Assembly (NCBI GenBank): GCA_964346935.1
Contig: CAYFXP010000278.1
Location: forward strand, 1-41,844
Reading direction: 5' to 3'
From: an uncultured Syntrophobacterales bacterium
Lineage (GTDB): Bacteria; Desulfobacterota; BSN033; WVXP01; G020346125
DNA: 41,844 nt
The position numbers and the translations under genes were made by a program. The notes beneath the pieces were generated by a model. It saw only the letters and a program-made list of their open reading frames with translations. It had not been told where the DNA came from and did not search any database. How positions within the stretch are numbered: position 1 is the stretch's first letter; every line of letters begins with the position of its first letter. Below, one piece after another: positions 35,233-41,844 of the stretch.

Positions 35233-36792
35233 ATGAAAAACAGTAAAATGTGTATTGGAACGGTTGTTTTTGTTTCCGTGTTGGTGGCGGGGCTGGGCCT
35301 CTGCCTGGCTCCGTCCGACGCCCAGGCCGAGATCAAGGAGCTCAAGATCGGCATCGGCATAGATGCCGACACCTTGAACCCGCAGGAACAGACCACGTCT
35401 CTTCCCATCAACATGTGCGAGTTGATTTACGACACCCTCTTCTACCAGACTCCGGATGCGAAGCTGGAGCCGCGCCTGGCAACCAAGTATGAGGTCTCCG
35501 AGGACGGCTTGACCTACACCATCCACCTGAGAAAGGGTGTCAAGTTCAGCGACGGCACGCCGTTCGACGCCAAGGCGCTCAAGCTGACCTTTGACCGGGC
35601 CCTCGACCCGGATATGAAGGTTCCGCTTCGTTTCCAGATCGTCATGATCGAGGAGGTGGCGATCGTCGATGACTACACCATCCGGGTCAAGCTCAAATAT
35701 CCCTTTGCCCCGTTCGGCCCGACGCTGTCGACGGCCGTCGTGACCCCCATCTCGCCAGCGGCCATCGAAAAATACGGGGAGGATGTGCGCAGGAAGCCGG
35801 TGGGTGCCGGCCCCTACGTCCTCAAGAAGTGGGTCGCAGGCGATCGCATCGTCCTGGTCCGCAACGAGAACTACTACGGCCCTAAGCCGACGGTAGGCAC
35901 GCTGACGTACAAGATCGTGCCCGAGACGGCTACCCGGGAGGCGATGCTCAGGGCCGGCCAGATCGACATCTGCTATAAGCCGCTGCCCTCTGACGTGGCC
36001 GCGCTTGAGGCGGACCCGAAGATCACGGTCGACATGCCCCTGGACACGAGGACCATCTTCATGGGGCTCAACTGCAAGAAGGGCGTGACCAAGAATAAGT
36101 TGGTGCGTCAGGCCTTCAACTACGCGGTGGACAAGAAGGCGATCGTTAAGAAGGTCCTCTTCGATACGGCCTTACCCATGGATGGGCCGGTTTCGCCAGT
36201 TCTATTCGGCTACCACAAGATGGCACACCAGTACGAGTACAACCCCGAAAAGGCCAAGGAACTCCTGAAGGAGGCCAACTTCGATTTCGACCAGACGGTT
36301 CACATGCGCACGCCTCACGGGCGATACCTCTTCGATAAACAGGTCTCCGAGGCCATCCAGGCCTACCTCCAGGCTATTGGGGTCAAGGCTGAGCTCAGGA
36401 CCTATGACTGGCCGACGTATGTTGCGGGCCTGCTCAAGCCAATTGAGGAGACCGAGCTGGAACTCTTCCTGCTGGGCTGGGGGCCGATGGTGCTGGACGC
36501 CGACGTGACCCTGTACGGCCAGTTCCACTCCAGCGTCAACCCGCCTAAGGGGTTGGGCGCGGCCCATTACAGCAGTCCCGAGTACGACAAGGCGATCGAG
36601 GCGACTCGGTTGGAGCAGGACCCCAAGAAGCGGCTGGAGCTCTTCAAGAAGGCCTCAGAGATCGTCTGGGACGACTGCCCCTGGATATGGCTCCACGTAG
36701 AGAAGTTCGTTATCGCTTACTCGAGCAAGATCAAGGGCATGGTCGTCACCAGCACCGAGAAGTTCTATCCGACCTACGTGACAATGGAGTAG
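35233..36792 (+). CDS. ABC transporter substrate-binding protein, family 5 (peptide/nickel, DppA/OppA-like)
   Basis: RBS AAAGGAGG and a signal peptide ending in AQA. Typical SBP_bac_5 stretches: LEPRLATKYEVSEDGLTYTIHLRKGVKFSDGTPF and GAGPYVLKKW. Confidence 0.85.
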   Translation: MKNSKMCIGTVVFVSVLVAGLGLCLAPSDAQAEIKELKIGIGIDADTLNPQEQTTSLPINMCELIYDTLFYQTPDAKLEPRLATKYEVSEDGLTYTIHLRKGVKFSDGTPFDAKALKLTFDRALDPDMKVPLRFQIVMIEEVAIVDDYTIRVKLKYPFAPFGPTLSTAVVTPISPAAIEKYGEDVRRKPVGAGPYVLKKWVAGDRIVLVRNENYYGPKPTVGTLTYKIVPETATREAMLRAGQIDICYKPLPSDVAALEADPKITVDMPLDTRTIFMGLNCKKGVTKNKLVRQAFNYAVDKKAIVKKVLFDTALPMDGPVSPVLFGYHKMAHQYEYNPEKAKELLKEANFDFDQTVHMRTPHGRYLFDKQVSEAIQAYLQAIGVKAELRTYDWPTYVAGLLKPIEETELELFLLGWGPMVLDADVTLYGQFHSSVNPPKGLGAAHYSSPEYDKAIEATRLEQDPKKRLELFKKASEIVWDDCPWIWLHVEKFVIAYSSKIKGMVVTSTEKFYPTYVTME

Positions 36793-36803
36793 GGTGAAAG
36801 AAA

Positions 36804-36841
36804 CCCAGGGCGGAGCCGTCCGACACGGGTCCGCCTCTGGG
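36804..36841 (+). other. Intercistronic GC-rich hairpin between the SBP and permease genes
   Basis: cccag-g-gcgga ... tccgc-ct-ctggg. The position is typical of mRNA-stabilising or attenuating hairpins in ABC operons. Confidence 0.4.
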
Positions 36842-36951
36842 CCCTCCTGATGGAATTCAAGGTCAGAGATCTAGCCGGTGGTGATGGAGGCCTCCCATTG
36901 GGGCACGGGGGTTCACGCCGGCCCAGAGACAAACGGATAGCTGGATGAGCT

Positions 36952-37872
36952 ATGCTGCACTATGTGGTCAAACGCCTGCTTTCAACCATTCCGGTCCTTC
37001 TGGGAATATCGCTTCTCCTCTTTTTCATGCTTCGGATGCTCCCCGGCGACCCGGCCCAGGTACTGGCAGGGCAGATGGCCACCCCGGAGGAGATAGAGAA
37101 CATCCGCCACCAGCTCGGGCTCGATCGGCCGATCCACGTTCAGTATGCCTTCTTCCTGGGCCGCCTGGCCTTGTTCGACCTGGGCCGGTCGGCACGGACC
37201 CAGAACCCGGTGACGGAGGAGATCTGGGCCCGTCTTCCGAACACGATTCTGCTGGCGGTGGTGGCTATTACCCTTGCGTGTCTGTTCGGCATTCCGGCCG
37301 GGATCATTTCGGCTGTGCGCCCCTATACGTGGACTGACTACGTGGTTACCTCTTCGGCCCTTTTCGGCATCTCCATGCCCGTCTTCTGGCTCGGTTTGAT
37401 GCTGGTTGTTATCTTCGCGGTCATGCTCAATTGGCTCCCTGCCGGCGGCACCGGCAGTTGGAAACACGTGATCCTTCCCTCGCTTACCCTGGCCGCTTTT
37501 ACCGTGGCATTCATCGCCCGGATGACCCGGGCGAGCATGATCGAGGTTCTCTCCCAGGATTACACGACCACGGCCCGCTCCAAGGGGCTGAAGGAGCAGG
37601 TGGTCATCATCAAGCATGCCCTGAAAAACGCCCTCATTCCCATCATCACCGTGGTCGGCCTTCAGTTCGGGCTGCTTCTGGGCGGCGCAGTTTTGACCGA
37701 GACGGTCTTTGCCTGGCCGGGCTTGGGCCGGCTCATCGTGGACTCAATCCTGGCCCGGGACTACCCCGTAATCCAGGGGACGATCCTTGTCTTCGGGCTC
37801 CTGTACATCATGGTCAATCTGATGGTCGACCTTGTCTACGCCTACGTGGACCCGAGGATTCGGTATGAATGA
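36952..37872 (+). CDS. Peptide ABC transporter permease (DppB/OppB-like)
   Basis: N-terminus MLHYVVKRLLSTIPVLLGISLLLF. The rest reads as a multi-pass membrane protein with the usual BPD_transp_1 organisation. Confidence 0.85.
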   Translation: MLHYVVKRLLSTIPVLLGISLLLFFMLRMLPGDPAQVLAGQMATPEEIENIRHQLGLDRPIHVQYAFFLGRLALFDLGRSARTQNPVTEEIWARLPNTILLAVVAITLACLFGIPAGIISAVRPYTWTDYVVTSSALFGISMPVFWLGLMLVVIFAVMLNWLPAGGTGSWKHVILPSLTLAAFTVAFIARMTRASMIEVLSQDYTTTARSKGLKEQVVIIKHALKNALIPIITVVGLQFGLLLGGAVLTETVFAWPGLGRLIVDSILARDYPVIQGTILVFGLLYIMVNLMVDLVYAYVDPRIRYE

Positions 37873-38755
37873 CACGACCCAACCCCCCGTGGATCGACCG
37901 CCGGATCGGCTGGCCGAGGGCAAGCTTAGGCGAGGCTGGGCCAAGCTCAGGCGCAACAAGGCGGCCCTCTTCGGCGGCATACTGATCCTGATCTACCTTG
38001 CCACCGCGCTTCTCGCGCCGATGCTCTTTCCGGGCAATCCCTCGGCTCCGAACCTCATTAGATCGCTGGAGCGCCCTTCCCTGGAGCATCCGCTGGGCAC
38101 CGACGAGCTAGGCCGCTCGATCCTGGGCCGGATTATTTACGGCTCCCGGGTGTCGCTCCTGATCGCCGTGGGGGTTGTCTCGGTCGGGCTTCTCGTCGGC
38201 GTACCGTTGGGTCTCGTTTCCGGCTACTACGGCGGCAAGGTCGACTTCGGCATCCAGCGCGTGACCGACACAATGCTCGCCTTCCCCGGCTTTTTGCTCG
38301 CCCTGGCCTTGGTTGCCGTCTTGGGGGTGGGTCTCAAGAACACGGTTATCTCCGTTGGTATCAGCATGATTCCCATCTACATCCGCCTGGTACGGGGCTC
38401 CGCCCTCTCGGTCAAGGAGCAGGTCTACGTCGAGGCAGCCAAGGCGGTGGGCACTCGTGACGTAGTCATCCTGTTCAGGCATATTCTGCCCAACGTCATG
38501 GTCCCCATCACGGTCCAGACGAGCCTGGGCATGGGCACGGCCATCCTCTTCGCAGCCGGCCTGGGCTTTCTGGGCGTTGGCGTCCAGCCGCCCACGCCGG
38601 AGTGGGGTGCGATGCTTGGCTCCGGCCGGGTTTACCTCTTCAATTCCCCCCACGTGGCCACCTTTCCCGGGATCGCCATCTTCCTGGCAGTGCTCGGCTT
38701 CAACCTTTCAGGGGATGGCCTGCGCGATGTCCTCGACCCGAGGTTCAGGCTATGA
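37865..38755 (+). CDS. Peptide ABC transporter permease (DppC/OppC-like)
   Basis: The start overlaps the upstream stop (ATGAATGA). Motifs: HPLGTDELGRSIL and YVEAAKAVGT. Confidence 0.85.
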   Translation: MNDTTQPPVDRPPDRLAEGKLRRGWAKLRRNKAALFGGILILIYLATALLAPMLFPGNPSAPNLIRSLERPSLEHPLGTDELGRSILGRIIYGSRVSLLIAVGVVSVGLLVGVPLGLVSGYYGGKVDFGIQRVTDTMLAFPGFLLALALVAVLGVGLKNTVISVGISMIPIYIRLVRGSALSVKEQVYVEAAKAVGTRDVVILFRHILPNVMVPITVQTSLGMGTAILFAAGLGFLGVGVQPPTPEWGAMLGSGRVYLFNSPHVATFPGIAIFLAVLGFNLSGDGLRDVLDPRFRL

Positions 38756-39732
38756 AGCATGGATCCCTCCTCTCTATCCGGGGTTTGCGAACACGCTTCC
38801 ACACCTACGATGGAGTGGTAACTGCGGTGGACCGGGTCGATCTGGACGTGTACCGGGGGGAGACCCTGGGGGTTGTGGGGGAGAGCGGCTGCGGAAAGAG
38901 CGTGACGGCCCTGTCCATCCTCAGGTTACTTCGTTCCCCTCCGGCGGAGATCCAGGGAACCATCCTGTTCGGAGGCACCAACCTCCTGCGTGTGAGCCCG
39001 GATAAGATACGCCGGATTCGCGGGAATGCGATCTCCATGATTTTTCAGGAGCCCATGACCTCTCTAAACCCCGTTCTGACCGTCGGGGAGCAGGTCTCCG
39101 AGGCCATCAGGCTTCATCAGGGGGTTACGCGTCAGGAAGCCTTGAAGAGATCCGTGGAGATGCTCGAGATGGTTCAGATCCCCGCTCCCGATGTCAGGGC
39201 CCAGGAATATCCCCACAAGCTGAGCGGGGGTATGCGGCAACGGGCCATGATCGCCATGGCCTTATCGTGCCATCCCCAGCTGCTCCTGGCGGATGAACCA
39301 ACCACTGCCCTGGATGTGACCATCCAGGCCCAGATCGTCGATCTCATGCAGCGCCTCAAGGAGGAGTTCGAGACCTCCATCGTGTTGATCACCCACAATT
39401 TGGGTCTCATTGCGGAGATGGCCAAGCGAGTCGTTGTAATGTATACGGGCAAGGTGGTGGAGGAGGCAGCGGTAGAGGACCTTTTTCGGGAACCCCTTCA
39501 TCCCTATACCCGAGGGCTCTTGGGGTCCATTCCCTGGATGGGCCGGAAGCTCGAGACCGGTCGAAGACAGCTCCAGGAGATCCCAGGGATTGTGCCCAGC
39601 CTCCTGGAGATGCCCCATGGATGTCGATTTCATCCCCGGTGTAATCAAGCCATGGATGTCTGCCGGAAGGAGGAGCCCCCCCTGGTGTGCCCGAACGATG
39701 ACCGCAGGGTTCTGTGCTGGCTGTGGGTCTAA
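38752..39732 (+). CDS. Peptide ABC transporter ATP-binding protein (DppD/OppD-like)
   Basis: The ATG overlaps the upstream stop (ATGA). Walker A GESGCGKS, signature LSGGMRQR, Walker B LLADEP. C-terminal oligo_HPY-like motifs: HPYTRGLL and GCRFHPRC. Confidence 0.9.
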   Translation: MKHGSLLSIRGLRTRFHTYDGVVTAVDRVDLDVYRGETLGVVGESGCGKSVTALSILRLLRSPPAEIQGTILFGGTNLLRVSPDKIRRIRGNAISMIFQEPMTSLNPVLTVGEQVSEAIRLHQGVTRQEALKRSVEMLEMVQIPAPDVRAQEYPHKLSGGMRQRAMIAMALSCHPQLLLADEPTTALDVTIQAQIVDLMQRLKEEFETSIVLITHNLGLIAEMAKRVVVMYTGKVVEEAAVEDLFREPLHPYTRGLLGSIPWMGRKLETGRRQLQEIPGIVPSLLEMPHGCRFHPRCNQAMDVCRKEEPPLVCPNDDRRVLCWLWV

Positions 39733-40703
39733 TGGAGGAAAGCGTGGGCCTGTTGGAAGTACGCGACTTGACGAAACACTTTCCCGTTCACAAGGGCATC
39801 CTTTCCAGGACGTTGGGGTGGGTCCGTGCAGTGGACGGGGTGAGCTTCAAGCTGGAGGAGGGGGAAACCCTCGGATTGGTAGGGGAAAGCGGGTGTGGAA
39901 AGACCACGGTGGGGCGCTGCCTCCTGCGATTAATCGAGCCCACGGCCGGGAAACTCCGATTTGAGGGTCAGGACCTCCTGGGGATGGATCGGGAAGCCCT
40001 CCGAAGGGTTCGGGCGCGGCTCCAGATCATCTTCCAGGACCCGTACTCATCGCTGAACCCACGCATGACCGTAGAGGAGATCATTGCCGAGCCCCTCAGA
40101 AACCATACCCGGGCATCAAGAGGAGAAGTTCGTGATCGAGTATCCTTCCTGGCTGAGAAGGTGGGGCTGCATCCTGAGCAGGCCCGGAGGTATCCTCATG
40201 AATTCAGCGGAGGGCAGAGACAGCGAATCGGCATCGCGCGCGCCCTGGCCCTGAATCCCCATGCGATCATCTGCGATGAGCCCGTTTCCGCCCTTGACGT
40301 CTCCATCCAGGCCCAGGTGATCAACCTGCTGGTCCAACTCCAGGAGGAAATGGGGCTTTCCTATCTGTTCATCGCTCACGACCTGAGCGTGGTGGAGCAC
40401 ATCAGCGATCGGGTGGCCGTCATGTATTTGGGACGGATTGTTGAACTGGCCACGGATCGGGAAATCTATCAGAATCCACAGCACCCTTATACTAAAGCGC
40501 TGCTCTCGGCCGTTCCCGTCCCGGATCCGGGAGTTCGCGGACGGAGAATCATCCTGGAGGGGGACGTGCCCAGCCCTCTGAACCCGCCCTCCGGCTGTGC
40601 CTTTCATACCCGGTGCCGCGAGCGTGAAGAAGCGTGCATGCATCAGGAGCCGATTTTCCGAGATCTGGGGGATGGTCATCGGGTTGCCTGCCATCTCAGG
40701 TAA
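39732..40703 (+). CDS. Peptide ABC transporter ATP-binding protein (DppF/OppF-like)
   Basis: TAATG overlap with the upstream gene. Walker A GESGCGKT, signature FSGGQRQR, Walker B ICDEP. C-terminal motifs: HPYTKALL and GCAFHTRC. Confidence 0.9.
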   Translation: MEESVGLLEVRDLTKHFPVHKGILSRTLGWVRAVDGVSFKLEEGETLGLVGESGCGKTTVGRCLLRLIEPTAGKLRFEGQDLLGMDREALRRVRARLQIIFQDPYSSLNPRMTVEEIIAEPLRNHTRASRGEVRDRVSFLAEKVGLHPEQARRYPHEFSGGQRQRIGIARALALNPHAIICDEPVSALDVSIQAQVINLLVQLQEEMGLSYLFIAHDLSVVEHISDRVAVMYLGRIVELATDREIYQNPQHPYTKALLSAVPVPDPGVRGRRIILEGDVPSPLNPPSGCAFHTRCREREEACMHQEPIFRDLGDGHRVACHLR

Positions 40704-40709
40704 GCGGAC

Positions 40710-40737
40710 CATCCCCCTGGGGATGCTTGTTCTTTGT
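40710..40737 (+). terminator. Candidate terminator after the peptide ABC operon
   Basis: catccc-cctg-gggatg hairpin followed by the T-rich stretch cttgttctttgt. Confidence 0.35.
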
Positions 40738-40749
40738 ACCCCCAGAAAT

Positions 40750-41844
40750 CTAAGCTCCTCCCAATTTCTTTCGTTCCTCTGCCCGTAGTTCTCGCCTCAG
40801 GAGTTTCCCCACCTTGGATTTGGGAAGCATATCGCGAAACTCTATGTACTGGGGGACCTTGTAGGGGGCCAACCTCTCCCGGCACCATCGTATGAGGTCA
40901 TAAGCGCTAACGCCTCTCACATCCTCCTTGAGGACTACAAAGGCCTTCAACCTTTCCCCCACCTTTTCATCCGGGATCCCAACAACGCAGGAAGCTATCA
41001 CCGCGTGGTGTTCCTGCAGTGCTGCTTCGATCTCCGAAGCCGCGACTCGATAGCCCTTGTGCTTGACCGTGTCAACGGATCTATCCCGGTAAAAAAGCCA
41101 TCCGTCCTTATCTATGGACACCACGTCTCCGGTGCGGTACCAAAGTCTTCCATCGATCTCGACGAAACACCTGGCGGTCTCCTCCGAATTATTCCAGCAG
41201 GCCCTTACCATATGCTCTGATGAGACGAGCAATTCGCCTGGCTGGCCGGGAGGAACGGGCTTGAGCGTTTCGGAATCCACGAGCTTGACCTTCTGAAGGG
41301 GCGTAATTTTGCCGCCGCTTCCCACTGGGGCTTCTTCGCCCATCGGCGTTAAGGATACTCGACCGCAGGTCTCCGTTGTACCATATCCCTGATACAAGGG
41401 TTTTCCGAACCTCTTGAGCCACCTCTCGGCCACCTCGATGGGCAAAACATCGCCAGCGCAGAAGCAATACTCAAGGGAGCTCAAGTCGTAGTAGTCCACC
41501 CTGTCATGCTCCAAGATCATGCGATACATTGCGGGAACGCCAAAGAGAGTAGACGCCCGATGTCTTTGAACGTGGTCGAAGAGGCCGTCCAAGTTAACCC
41601 TGGGCAGCAGTATCAAGGTATCTCCGGAAAGGAGTGCCCCAAGCCCCATTGCCTGGCCGAGGATATGGAAGAGCGGCCCTCCCTGAATCACTGTGTCCTT
41701 CCCCTTGGGGATATAGCTTTCGCTCATCGATCGCTGCTCGGCAACGCTTTCCAGAAAGACGATGTTTGAATAGGGCACTCCCTTAGGGAGACCTGTAGTG
41801 CCACCCGTGTAGAGGATCTCGAACATCTCTTCGCTTTTCGTCCC
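40750..41844 (-). CDS. AMP-dependent synthetase/ligase (acyl-CoA synthetase family), 5' end beyond the window edge
   Basis: The AMP-binding motif YTGGTTGLPKG sits at the very start of the visible ORF, although it normally lies about 150-200 aa into the protein. Other motifs: GYGTTE, YRTGD, and a C-terminal ...GKLLRRELR. Confidence 0.85.
   Translation of the reverse strand, partial: GTKSEEMFEILYTGGTTGLPKGVPYSNIVFLESVAEQRSMSESYIPKGKDTVIQGGPLFHILGQAMGLGALLSGDTLILLPRVNLDGLFDHVQRHRASTLFGVPAMYRMILEHDRVDYYDLSSLEYCFCAGDVLPIEVAERWLKRFGKPLYQGYGTTETCGRVSLTPMGEEAPVGSGGKITPLQKVKLVDSETLKPVPPGQPGELLVSSEHMVRACWNNSEETARCFVEIDGRLWYRTGDVVSIDKDGWLFYRDRSVDTVKHKGYRVAASEIEAALQEHHAVIASCVVGIPDEKVGERLKAFVVLKEDVRGVSAYDLIRWCRERLAPYKVPQYIEFRDMLPKSKVGKLLRRELRAEERKKLGGA

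Overview
This 41.8-kb window is bacterial chromosomal DNA with mostly housekeeping and transport genes. The gene content (tungsten-type aldehyde:ferredoxin oxidoreductase, many Fe-S proteins, Tat-exported dehydrogenase) suggests an anaerobe, possibly a Desulfobacterota or syntroph-like lineage; that is inference only.

Reading left to right:
- tRNA-Asp(GTC) with its terminator, then a QueG/dehalogenase-like Fe-S gene interrupted by an in-frame TAG, then about 0.9 kb without ORFs.
- An outer-membrane beta-barrel protein, an NTF2-like protein, an M20 peptidase, a DHOD/DPD-like flavoprotein with a ferredoxin tail, DUF1846 and a Cys-based phosphatase.
- A candidate sigma-54 promoter with a small ORF, followed by a PEGA lipoprotein.
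- A PotABCD-like ABC importer plus an amidinotransferase-fold enzyme, then hisC.
- An OmpA/Pal-like lipoprotein, an AsnC-type mini-protein with AOR, several hypothetical proteins and a bactofilin.
- A five-gene operon at 22.85-29.3 kb, described below.
- A Tat-exported GMC oxidoreductase pair, an orphan ABC ATPase, a multiply frameshifted MBL-fold pseudogene, a LysM lytic transglycosylase, a structured GC-rich element and an amidohydrolase remnant.
- A GC-rich Dpp/Opp-type peptide ABC operon and a partial acyl-CoA synthetase.

The most interesting locus is the operon at 22.85-29.3 kb. It is driven by a textbook TTGACA-17-TATAAT promoter. It encodes a DUF885 (HExxPGHH) protein, two tandem paralogous ATP-grasp/amidoligase-like proteins, a SAM methyltransferase and an orphan HExxH protein. 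It also contains two homologous unannotated mini-ORFs of 22 and 32 codons. Both share an MxxIDR(C/S)xP(S/T) start and a (V/I)WHLxFxI-stop end. I interpret this as a candidate undescribed peptide-modification (RiPP-like) or arrest-peptide-regulated system.
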